A stretch of 64,000 nt of DNA from Candidatus Micrarchaeota archaeon (lineage in GTDB: Archaea; B1Sed10-29; JAJRYS01), in contig CAZXTN010000001.1 of assembly GCA_964643685.1 (NCBI GenBank), positions 96,001-160,000 of the forward strand, written 5' to 3'. Below, in pieces: positions 9,643-16,924 of this stretch. Position 1 is the first letter of the stretch; each line of letters opens with the position of its first letter. The notes beneath the pieces are model-generated. The model was given only the letters and a program-made list of their open reading frames with translations. It made no database searches and was not told where the DNA came from. The position numbers were made by a program, and so were the translations under genes.

Positions 9643-10815
9643 ATGCTTGGAATAAGTAAACGTGCAGAGAGATATGAAGGTTCCCCAATAAGAAGAATTA
9701 GCTCCATGCTTGAAAAAGCAGGCAATGACAAGTCAATCATAAGCTTTGGAGGAGGCGCTCCTTCACTCGCACCACCTAAAGAAGTTATTGACTACGTAGT
9801 TGAAAAACTTAAAGCAGAACCGCAACATTCAACTGCATATACATCAACTCCAGGACCAACACATACAAGAGAACTTATAAGCGAAGACCTGAAAAGAGAA
9901 GAAGGAGTAAACATACCAGCAGAGGAAATAATTTTAACAATAGGGGGAACAGAAGCGCTTTACGTTGCTTTTCAAACACTCATTAACCCAGGAGATGAAG
10001 TGCTTACCACTGACCCTGCTTATCTCGGCTACAACGAGCCAATAAAACTAGCAGGAGGAGTTAAAAAAACAATTCCAATTTACTGGAAAGAAAACTTTCA
10101 AATAAAAGAAGAAAGATTGAAAGAGGCAATCACAAGCAAGACAAAAGCAATGATTCTAATTTCACCAGACAACCCGACAGGAGCAGTGCAAGAAGAAAAA
10201 AACTTAAAAGCAATTGTTGAAATATGCGAAGATAAAGGAATATGGTTGATTACAGACGACATTTACAAGCACATTGTCTTCGAAGGAAAGTTCATCAACA
10301 CCAGGAAATTTGGAGGATACGAAAACACAATAAGTTTAGGCAGTTTTTCAAAATCAGCAAGCATACCAGGTGTAAGAATCGGCTATGCTTACGGGCCAAA
10401 AGAAGTGATTAAAAAAATAAGCGAGTTAAAACAAGCAACTAGCTTGACAGCACCTAAACTAGCAACTCTTTTCATAGATAAGTTCTTGGAAAACAACGCT
10501 GAAGTTAAGAAAAAATACTTATCTGAAATAGTTGTTCCAACTTACAAGGAAAGACGCGACTACATGGGCGAAATGCTGAAAAAATACACTGACTTGGAAT
10601 TCGCCACTCCACAAGGCGCTTTCTACTACTTCATTGACATAAGCAGGGAAGATGAAAAATTCAGCGACGAGTTGCTGAAAGAAAACATTGTAGTAATTCC
10701 AGGAAAGTACTTCGGTGAAAAAGGCAAAAACCACATACGCTTAACCTTCGTCTCTGAAACAAAAGAAAGAATAGAAAAAGGAATAAAAAAAATAGGGGAA
10801 AAATTAGCCCATTAA
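9643..10815 (+). CDS. PLP-dependent class I/II aminotransferase
   Basis: ISPDNPTG, DDIY, SFSKSASIPGVRIG (PLP lysine), PQGAFY. Confidence 0.93.
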   Translation: MLGISKRAERYEGSPIRRISSMLEKAGNDKSIISFGGGAPSLAPPKEVIDYVVEKLKAEPQHSTAYTSTPGPTHTRELISEDLKREEGVNIPAEEIILTIGGTEALYVAFQTLINPGDEVLTTDPAYLGYNEPIKLAGGVKKTIPIYWKENFQIKEERLKEAITSKTKAMILISPDNPTGAVQEEKNLKAIVEICEDKGIWLITDDIYKHIVFEGKFINTRKFGGYENTISLGSFSKSASIPGVRIGYAYGPKEVIKKISELKQATSLTAPKLATLFIDKFLENNAEVKKKYLSEIVVPTYKERRDYMGEMLKKYTDLEFATPQGAFYYFIDISREDEKFSDELLKENIVVIPGKYFGEKGKNHIRLTFVSETKERIEKGIKKIGEKLAH

Positions 10816-11463
10816 AATTACTCTTGTTTTTAAATCACTTGCTTCAACTAAAGACTTGAAACCACGTGCATTAGCAATTGTTTCTTTCAAAGTGCCGTAA
10901 TGCATTGGAATCACATACCTCGGCTGAAATGATTTAACTGCTTCAACTGCCTCTGCTTCATCCATTGTAAAAGTTCCTCCAATAGGCAACAAAGCAATAT
11001 CAATGTTCATTAAATTTTTCATTTCAGGTATGAAGTCAGTGTCCCCTGCGATGTAAATGCGCGTGCCATTCACATTAAAAATGTAACCATTGCCTTCTCC
11101 TTTTGGATGAAACACCTTCCCAGGCGCCCTGAACTTGTTAATATTATAAGCTGGAATTGACTCAATTTCAACTCCTTTAACTGAAAGCTTTTGAAAATTA
11201 GAAACAACTTCAATTTTTACTCCCAAGTCACTTAATTTCAAATTACAGAAAACAGGCGCCACAACAACAGTACCTTCCTTAATCAATTGCCTGATTTTCT
11301 CCTTGTCACAGTGGTCAAAATGCTCATGAGTAACAAGAATCAAATCAGCTTTCTCACAACCAGGAGTCAAAACAAAAGGGTCAGTGTAAACAACCAAACC
11401 ACTGCCTTTTATTTTAAAAGTAGCATGCCCAATCCATTCAACATCAACACTCATTAACTTCAC
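10804..11463 (-). CDS. Metallo-beta-lactamase fold hydrolase (UlaG-like)
   Basis: WIGHA, THEHFDH, IYIAGDT, LPIGG..TM, IPMHYG. Confidence 0.92.
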   Translation of the reverse strand: MKLMSVDVEWIGHATFKIKGSGLVVYTDPFVLTPGCEKADLILVTHEHFDHCDKEKIRQLIKEGTVVVAPVFCNLKLSDLGVKIEVVSNFQKLSVKGVEIESIPAYNINKFRAPGKVFHPKGEGNGYIFNVNGTRIYIAGDTDFIPEMKNLMNIDIALLPIGGTFTMDEAEAVEAVKSFQPRYVIPMHYGTLKETIANARGFKSLVEASDLKTRVILMG

Positions 11464-11580
11464 AAGACACCACCTTATTAGAAATTATATTTAATTTAAA
11501 TAAGTTAAAATATAAAAAACAATAAAAGAGCAACAAAATAAAAAGAAAAAACAGAACTGAAGGAGATATAAACCAAAAAT

Positions 11581-11686
11581 AGCCCTGTAGTCTAGTGGCC
11601 AAGGATGCGGGACTCTGGATCCTGCGACGCAGGTTCGAATAATTTTCGCTTTCAAAAGCGGAAAAACGAAAATCCTGCCAGGGCTA
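11581..11686 (+). tRNA. tRNA-Gln(CTG) with 59/60 intron (11640-11672, 33 nt)
   Basis: AGCCCTG/CAGGGCT acceptor; CGGGA-CT-CTG-GA-TCCTG; BHB helix TTCG/CGAA with AAT bulges. Confidence 0.94.
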
Positions 11687-11711
11687 TTCTCACTAAAAAA
11701 AAACAGGAAAA

Positions 11712-12302
11712 GTGAAAAAAATGGTGGACAAATACGAAGCACAAAAAAAGAGAGATGCTTTAGATGAAATAATTGCAAACGCTACACAAATAGAATGGGA
11801 AAAAGAATGGGAAGAAAGAGTTAGCAAAGAAGTTGCAGAAGCAAAAAAAAGAATAGAAGAAGAAATAGAAAAAAGAATAAAAAAAGGAGAACAACCGCAG
11901 AAAGTAATTGAAGAAATGGAAAACAAAATCCTCCCCAACGGAACAATACTAAAAGAAGAAAGAGAATGGATGAATCAGGCAATTGAAAAAGCCGAAGACA
12001 AAGCAAGATTAACAGAACAAGTAAGGAGAATAGAACAAAACCCAAACCTAAACAGGGACAAAAAAGAGCTATACAAAGTAGTAGCAGCAAGAAGAGTATA
12101 TCAAAAATGGAATAAAAAAGGAATGAACGCAAGAAATGAAACAGTGCCTAGGTTAGTAAAAGAAGCTGAAAAAGAAATTAAAAAGTGGGGCCCATTAGAA
12201 GCAATAAGGGGACCAGAAGAACAGGAAAAGGTAACAGAGTATAATAAAAAAAGAGAAAAAAAGAGAGGAGCAAAGAGAGGGAGTAGAAGGAGGCGTTTTT
12301 AA
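11712..12302 (+). CDS. Hypothetical charged helical protein with basic C-tail
   Basis: 196 aa E/K/R-rich ORF between tRNA genes; no recognisable motif. Confidence 0.65.
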   Translation: MKKMVDKYEAQKKRDALDEIIANATQIEWEKEWEERVSKEVAEAKKRIEEEIEKRIKKGEQPQKVIEEMENKILPNGTILKEEREWMNQAIEKAEDKARLTEQVRRIEQNPNLNRDKKELYKVVAARRVYQKWNKKGMNARNETVPRLVKEAEKEIKKWGPLEAIRGPEEQEKVTEYNKKREKKRGAKRGSRRRRF

Positions 12303-12303
12303 A

Positions 12304-12630
12304 ATGAGTAAATTATTAGATAAATTTAAGAGAATAAGAGAAAGAAAAAGAGCAAGGAGAGAGGACATAAAGCGTATTGAAAAAAACTTAGGGAAAATTG
12401 ACAGAGAGATAAGAGAAATAGAAAATGCTTTAAAAGGCGAGAGAAATTTACTTGAAGAAAGAGGAATGAAAGAGGATATGCCTGACTGGATTAAAGAAAA
12501 AATGGAAAGTGGAGTGGAACAAGAAGTAATTGGCATAGAAGGGAACCCTTCAGAGGTAATTTTAGAACAAAGGTTAATGGAACTTAAGAGAATAAGAAGG
12601 GGATTAAGAGAGGAGTTAAGTAGATTATAG
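12304..12630 (+). CDS. Hypothetical coiled-coil protein
   Basis: 108 aa, directly follows upstream ORF; the last base of its stop codon is the first base of tRNA-Val. Confidence 0.6.
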   Translation: MSKLLDKFKRIRERKRARREDIKRIEKNLGKIDREIREIENALKGERNLLEERGMKEDMPDWIKEKMESGVEQEVIGIEGNPSEVILEQRLMELKRIRRGLREELSRL

Positions 12631-12736
12631 GGCCCGTGGTCTAGTGGTTAGGAAAGCTGGCAGTGGAAAAGCTGTGGTTTTAGCAAACGTCGCCTTCACA
12701 CGGCGGAGATCGCTCGTTCAAGTCGGGCCGGGCCCA
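12630..12736 (+). tRNA. tRNA-Val(CAC) with D-stem intron (~23/24; 12653-12686, 34 nt)
   Basis: GGGCCCG/CGGGCCC; TCGCC-TT-CAC-AC-GGCGG; BHB helix GTTA/TAGC with GGA and AAA bulges. Confidence 0.9.
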
Positions 12737-12756
12737 CTTACAAAAAAACAAAAACT

Positions 12757-12801
12757 GCTTCCGTCTCCCAGGCCCAACTTCCTATGGGCGATCGGACAAG
12801 C
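12757..12801 (+). repeat. 10-nt copy of tRNA-Glu 5' end extended into an imperfect foldback hairpin
   Basis: GCTTCCGTCT equals 12827-12836; continues ...GCCCA-ACTTCCTA-TGGGC-GATCGGACAAGC. Confidence 0.6.
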
Positions 12802-12826
12802 CACACAAGGTGCCTTAAAAAAAATT

Positions 12827-12901
12827 GCTTCCGTCTTCTAGCTCGGTCAAGGATGAGGGACTCTCACTCCCTCGACGCGGGTTCAAATCCCGCCGGAAGC
12901 A
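12827..12901 (+). tRNA. tRNA-Glu(CTC), intronless
   Basis: GCTTCCG/CGGAAGC; AGGGA-CT-CTC-AC-TCCCT; GCGGG-TTCAAAT-CCCGC. Confidence 0.95.
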
Positions 12902-12964
12902 CTTAAAAGGAATAAAAAGCAGTGAAGGGTTTAAATCAGAGAAGAGAGTTAAAGAGGTATTAAG

Positions 12965-13408
12965 ATGGTTGATGAATTAGATTTGCAGATTTTAAGTATA
13001 CTTAGGAGAGATGCTAGGTTGTCTTATAGGAAGATAGCTGAGGAGTTAGGAGTAGCTACGGGAACTGTTCAGAATAGGATACAGAAAATGGAGCAGGAGA
13101 AGGTAATCACTGATTACCATGCAGGAATAGATTTAAGTAAATTAGGTTACAACATAGCTGCGATAATTGGAATATGTATTGATAGAAAAGAAGCAAGCAA
13201 AATAGAAAAAAAATTAGTCAAGCATTCAAATGTGTTTGCTGTTTATTCAGTAACAGGAGAGTATGACTTGTTTGTAGCAACAAGATTTAAGACAATGGAG
13301 GACCTTAATAATTTTATAAGAAAGGAATTGTCAAATGAATCAATACTGAAAACAAATACTTTCATAATATTAAACATTTCAAAAGAAACATACACCTTTC
13401 TAAAATAA
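12965..13408 (+). CDS. Lrp/AsnC family transcriptional regulator
   Basis: DELDLQIL..L..DAR.SY..IAEELGV HTH; VTGEYDL RAM domain. Confidence 0.95.
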   Translation: MVDELDLQILSILRRDARLSYRKIAEELGVATGTVQNRIQKMEQEKVITDYHAGIDLSKLGYNIAAIIGICIDRKEASKIEKKLVKHSNVFAVYSVTGEYDLFVATRFKTMEDLNNFIRKELSNESILKTNTFIILNISKETYTFLK

Positions 13409-13426
13409 AGAGGAGAAGATGAAAAA

Positions 13427-13885
13427 ATGGCAGAAGATGATTATATAATATTCGACGCAAAAGTAGGCAAATGGATAAGCATTAAAAAAATAAAAATAAA
13501 ACCAGACACAGAAAAAGCAGACGTAGCAAGACTCCTGGCAAGCATACATGACTCCATGCACAGGAAAATATGGGACTTCTTATCAGAAGAAGTAAACTTA
13601 AAAGAACTTGACGAAATAGCATATGAAATAACAGGAGCACAATTCGACAAGAAGAAAAAAACATACGTCGTAAAAGGAAGAAAATCAGAAGCACAAATAG
13701 CAGAAGCACTTGCAAAATGCAACTCCCCCTCAACGACAAAAAAGATAACAAAGTCTCCTAACAAGTATTACTTAGAAATAGCAAAAACTTACTTGACAAG
13801 AAAAGTCATCGACTTGCTTGGAGTAAGAATAGAAATAGACCCAAAAACAATTGAAAAATACATGGAACAAAAAAGCAAACTATAA
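13427..13885 (+). CDS. Conserved archaeal hypothetical protein (DUF2666-like)
   Basis: I.F.AK.GKW...KKIKI...TEK.DVARLLASI N-terminus resembles my recollection of DUF2666. Confidence 0.55.
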   Translation: MAEDDYIIFDAKVGKWISIKKIKIKPDTEKADVARLLASIHDSMHRKIWDFLSEEVNLKELDEIAYEITGAQFDKKKKTYVVKGRKSEAQIAEALAKCNSPSTTKKITKSPNKYYLEIAKTYLTRKVIDLLGVRIEIDPKTIEKYMEQKSKL

Positions 13886-13951
13886 AAAAAATCCTTTAAC
13901 AATTTCTTTTAAATACTAAAAAACAAACAAAAAATAGATAACACAAAAAAA

Positions 13952-14133
13952 GGGGCTATAGGGTAGTCATCGCTTACATTAAAAAAAAAGCGACTATAAT
14001 GGTCCATCCTTCCGGCTTTGGGAAAATTCTTCTCAACAGAAGAATTTAAAAACAGCCGGGGACCCCAGTTCGAACCTGCAATGAGTAAACTCACTGAGTT
14101 TTTCTCTTGCAAGAGAAAATCTGGGTAGCCCCA
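13952..14133 (+). tRNA. tRNA-Pro(TGG) with three introns: D-loop 13969-13999, 37/38 14023-14053, 59/60 14075-14119
   Basis: Removing three hairpin inserts gives GGGGCTA-TA-GGGTAGTCTGGTCCATCC-TT-CCGGC-TTTGGGA-GCCGG-GGAC-CCCAG-TTCGAAT-CTGGG-TAGCCCC-A. Confidence 0.9.
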
Positions 14134-14160
14134 TTAACAACTTCTCTAAAAAGAATAAAG

Positions 14161-14280
14161 TTAATTAAACAGAATACACAAGGGTTCCTTCTGCAACTAT
14201 GTTTACTATGCGTTTTGCAGAAGTTTCTTCTGCAACTGCGCTTGCTATGCGTTTTGCAGAAGTGGGGGAGCTTGGAAAAC
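14161..14280 (+). repeat. Degenerate copy of tRNA-Leu(TAA) upstream flank and 5' end, interrupted by two tandem 36-nt hairpins
   Basis: TTAATTAA..AGAA..CAAGGGT and GGAGCTTGGAAAAC match 14286-14328; units CTTCTGCAA...TTGCAGAAG at 14188-14223 and 14227-14262. Confidence 0.85.
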
Positions 14281-14303
14281 TCCCATTAATTAATATAGAA
14301 CAC

Positions 14304-14424
14304 GCAAGGGTGGCGGAGCTTGGAAAACGCGCAGGACTTAAGATCCGTACACAGGTTTTCAAACCTACCGGTTTGGTTATCCTGTGTCTCAGTGACTACG
14401 AGGGTTCAAATCCCTTCCCTTGCA
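14304..14424 (+). tRNA. tRNA-Leu(TAA) with 37/38 intron (~14343-14378, 36 nt)
   Basis: GCAAGGG/CCCTTGC; CAGGA-CT-TAA-G|...|A-TCCTG; long variable arm; GAGGG-TTCAAAT-CCCTT. Confidence 0.9.
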
Positions 14425-14603
14425 CTAATGGGTTTTATGCCCATGGGTTTTGATGCAACTTTTGTCAAAAGTTGCGTTTAAATCCCTTCCCTTGCACTTT
14501 GAAAAAAAATAAAGGGACTAAGCGAAGCGCATGTCGCTGGATTAAATGCAATTTTTGTTAAAAATTGCTGACAATCCCTTCCCTTGCACTAATGGGCTTA
14601 TGC
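14425..14603 (+). mobile_element. Two short palindromic inserts, each followed by a direct repeat of the tRNA-Leu T-loop-to-3' end (att-like)
   Basis: AATCCCTTCCCTTGCACT at 14409, 14481 and 14573; hairpins GCAACTTTT-GTC-AAAAGTTGC and GCAATTTTT-GTT-AAAAATTGC. Repeats are seen directly; mobility is inferred. Confidence 0.65.
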
Positions 14604-14620
14604 TTAATGGAGTTAATTTG

Positions 14621-14773
14621 ATGGGTAAGACTAAAAAAGATTTGAACAAACAAATGCAGTCAATTAAAAAAAGAATTGCTGAGTTAGAGGATAAAGCAAG
14701 AAAAGACCCTTTGAAGAAAAACAAAGCTTTGCATGAAGAACTAGCTAAATTAAAGAAAAAATTAAACAAGTGA
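14621..14773 (+). CDS. Small basic hypothetical protein (50 aa)
   Basis: MGKTKKDLNKQ...LAKLKKKLNK with GGAG upstream; helical pattern. Confidence 0.5.
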   Translation: MGKTKKDLNKQMQSIKKRIAELEDKARKDPLKKNKALHEELAKLKKKLNK

Positions 14774-14784
14774 AAAAGATAAGA

Positions 14785-15168
14785 TTAGATTTTTAGGGTT
14801 TTTTTAACAGCTTCTAATTCATTTTTAGGAATTCTCTTTTCAATTAAAAAATTATAAAAATCTACTTTAACCTTTCTAGGAAGCTTGTTAATATCCTGCG
14901 TTAAAAAGTTCCTCTTCAACCTAGTTTCTCTTAAAATTTGATTAGGATCAACTTTTGGAAGCAAAGTTGACATTGTTGCAAGATCTCCTGCTTCTCTTAT
15001 AGCAGAGTTGATGTCTCTCTGCATTTTTTCTTCTCTTAAATTCTTTCTTGCTTTTGAAAAAGAACGAGCCCATTTCCCATAAAGCCCCAATCTACCAGCT
15101 AAAGTAGCATCTTTAATTGCTTGACTAGCTGGGCTTCTACTACTCCTATTTTTACTTCTTGGTGCCAT
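14785..15168 (-). CDS. Hypothetical basic protein
   Basis: 127 aa ATG ORF with TTTAAATA box upstream; no recognisable motif. Confidence 0.55.
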   Translation of the reverse strand: MAPRSKNRSSRSPASQAIKDATLAGRLGLYGKWARSFSKARKNLREEKMQRDINSAIREAGDLATMSTLLPKVDPNQILRETRLKRNFLTQDINKLPRKVKVDFYNFLIEKRIPKNELEAVKKTLKI

Positions 15169-15225
15169 ATTCTTTTGTTAAGTTTTTTAAAGTATTTAAA
15201 ACCAAAACATAACAGAAAACTAAAA

Positions 15226-15407
15226 GCCTCGGTGGCTAAGACAGCAACAAAAACCAACTTTTTTGCTGTGGAAATGGTATAGCGCGTGCTTGGTAACTCT
15301 TTTGAAAAGGAAGAGACGAAAAGCACGAGGCCGCGGGTTCAATTCTGCGTTAAAAAAAATGAAAAAGAAGGAGTTTTTTTGCGCAGGTGAAAATCCCGCC
15401 CGAGGCT
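15226..15407 (+). tRNA. tRNA-Thr(GGT) with three introns: 15/16 15241-15274, 37/38 15296-15321, 59/60 15344-15393
   Basis: GCCTCGG/CCGAGGC acceptor; spliced D-arm GCTAAGTGGTATAGC; CGTGC-TT-GGT-AA-GCACG; T-loop BHB TTCA/TGAA. Confidence 0.9.
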
Positions 15408-15416
15408 CTTAACTAC

Positions 15417-15968
15417 TTATTCTTTAAGTGGAAGCAGTTCATTCAAGTTTTTTCTTTTGCCGTACCTGCCTATTGAATCATATGGCTTGCTTGCAGGTGT
15501 TTTTAATTCATGAAAAACCATTTTGCCAATAACCATTCCTTTAGTTAACACCACTTCAAAGGGACCTGAATTGCTGATTTCAAGAATTATTTTCCTTGCT
15601 TTTGGAATTCCATGCCCAGCGTGGATCAAAGGAGCAGTTTGCACGACACTTACCCCTACCCTAGCAAGCCCAGTGCGTCCAGTAATAAAACCACTGACAT
15701 CAAGAGGAATTGTAAATTTTTCAAGAGTACGTGCTAAAATAAAACTATTCGGCTTTAAAACAAAACCTTGCTTTGAAATACGTGTTTTTTTATAAAAAAG
15801 AGAGTAATCACTTACGCCTCTTGGATTTAACTTGCCTTGCTTGGCAATTGCTATTGCTGAATCCAAGTGAATCTTATAAGAATCAGGCTGCAAGTCTTTC
15901 TTGTTAAAAGGAGTTATTTTAAGCTTTTTAGAGTTAATTAATTCAAGAATGTCTTTATCAGAATACAT
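15417..15968 (-). CDS. dcd: dCTP deaminase family protein (divergent)
   Basis: SDKDI, LQPDSY.IHL, LKPNSFILARTLE, GRTGLARVG, ILEISN, GM.IG..VF. Confidence 0.85.
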   Translation of the reverse strand: MYSDKDILELINSKKLKITPFNKKDLQPDSYKIHLDSAIAIAKQGKLNPRGVSDYSLFYKKTRISKQGFVLKPNSFILARTLEKFTIPLDVSGFITGRTGLARVGVSVVQTAPLIHAGHGIPKARKIILEISNSGPFEVVLTKGMVIGKMVFHELKTPASKPYDSIGRYGKRKNLNELLPLKE

Positions 15969-16164
15969 ATAAATAAGAAAAAACCAAACAATGTTTATAA
16001 ACATTCGCTCATAAAATACAAATAAAAGGCAGGGACATGCAAACAATTAAAAAATTGTTTGAACCCCCTACATTATAAGACTGCTGTTAAAAATGCAGGG
16101 GTGCATGAACAAAGCAAGTTTGTTCAATCCCCAGCTTGCCACTATGACAAGCTATTAAGAACAA

Positions 16165-16389
16165 GCAGGGGTAGCCAAGAGGTCAACGGCGCCAGGTTCA
16201 GGTGAACTTCTTTCAAAAAGAAGTTCTGAAACGCCTGGTCTCTCAGTGAGTTCAAGGGTTCGAAAGCAGCCGTATCCGGCTGGCGGGCTAGACGACGTTC
16301 ACTTCGTTCAGTCGTCTGGTTTTCTTTTTAAAAAAGAAAAAGAGTCCGCTTTCAGCTGGAAACAGTTGACGGGAATCCCTTTCCCTGCA
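16165..16389 (+). tRNA. tRNA-Leu(CAG) with 37/38 intron (16203-16232, 30 nt) and long 59/60 intron (16265-16375, 111 nt)
   Basis: GCAGGGG/TCCCTGC; CCAGG-TT-CAG-G|...|G-CCTGG with BHB TTCA/TGAA; AAGGG-TTCGAA|...|T-CCCTT. Confidence 0.9.
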
Positions 16390-16425
16390 TTTATTTTCAA
16401 ATTACAAAAAATGAGTAAATGAAAT

Positions 16426-16500
16426 GCCGGGGTGGTTCAGCCTGCCCCTTTCTTTTAAAAAAAGAAAGCGACAAGTTCGCGGAAAGAAAAAAGGTTGAAA
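16426..16500 (+). pseudogene. Orphan tRNA-Met 5' exon plus a different intron-like sequence, no 3' exon
   Basis: GCCGGGGTGGTTCAGCC identical to 16516-16532; followed by 58 nt ending GTTGAAA (real intron ends GCTGAAA). Confidence 0.75.
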
Positions 16501-16515
16501 AACAATAGAAAAAAC

Positions 16516-16633
16516 GCCGGGGTGGTTCAGCCACTGCGTTGAAAAGATTTCAACGTGTTTTCAGCGCAGCTGAAATGGTTAGGACGCAAGACTCATAATC
16601 TTGAGATCGCTGGTTCAAATCCGGCCCCCGGCA
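16516..16633 (+). tRNA. tRNA-Met(CAT), elongator-type, with D-loop intron (16533-16575, 43 nt)
   Basis: GCCGGGG/CCCCGGC; CAAGA-CT-CAT-AA-TCTTG; strict BHB TCAG/CTGA, bulges CCA and AAT, outer stem CTGCG/CGCAG. Ile2(CAT) identity not fully excluded. Confidence 0.9.
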
Positions 16634-16640
16634 CTAAAAA

Positions 16641-16714
16641 AAGGGCTTTATACCCTTTTGGGTTTTGATGCAACTTTTGTTAAAAGTTGCCGAAGATCCA
16701 GCCCCCGGCACTAA
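16641..16714 (+). mobile_element. Palindromic insert followed by a copy of the tRNA-Met 3' end
   Basis: 16659-16690 matches 14444-14475 at 31/32 nt; ATCCAGCCCCCGGCACTAA repeats ATCCGGCCCCCGGCACTAA. Mobility inferred. Confidence 0.65.
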
Positions 16715-16781
16715 GAAATAAATGAAAAAAAGCCATAACAAAGCATTTAAATAATGCTTTAGATAAAAAAACATAGAAACC

Positions 16782-16924
16782 GCCGCAGTAGCACAGTCTG
16801 CAAGAAACGAAGTTTCTTGAGCTTCCACCTTGCAGGTGCAATGGTAGTGCGGCTGCCTTGTAAACAACCTTAAAAAGTTGTTCAGGACAGCAGCAGGTCA
16901 CCGGTTCAAATCCGGTCTGCGGCT
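16782..16924 (+). tRNA. tRNA-Thr(TGT) with 15/16 intron (16797-16841, 45 nt) and 37/38 intron (16863-16888, 26 nt)
   Basis: GCCGCAG/CTGCGGC; strict BHB GCAC/GTGC; GCTGC-CT-TGT-A|...|A-GCAGC. Confidence 0.92.

Noticed and set aside
14408-14603. Three ~18-nt direct repeats with unique-looking spacers, resembling a mini CRISPR array
   Set aside because: The repeat is the tRNA-Leu 3' end, the periods are unequal (72 and 92 nt), the spacers are related hairpins and no cas genes are present
16426-16714. Classical split (trans-spliced) or permuted tRNA genes
   Set aside because: Each fragment lies beside a complete gene for the same tRNA, and I found no long complementary leader/trailer pair between fragments; retained only as an alternative within findings
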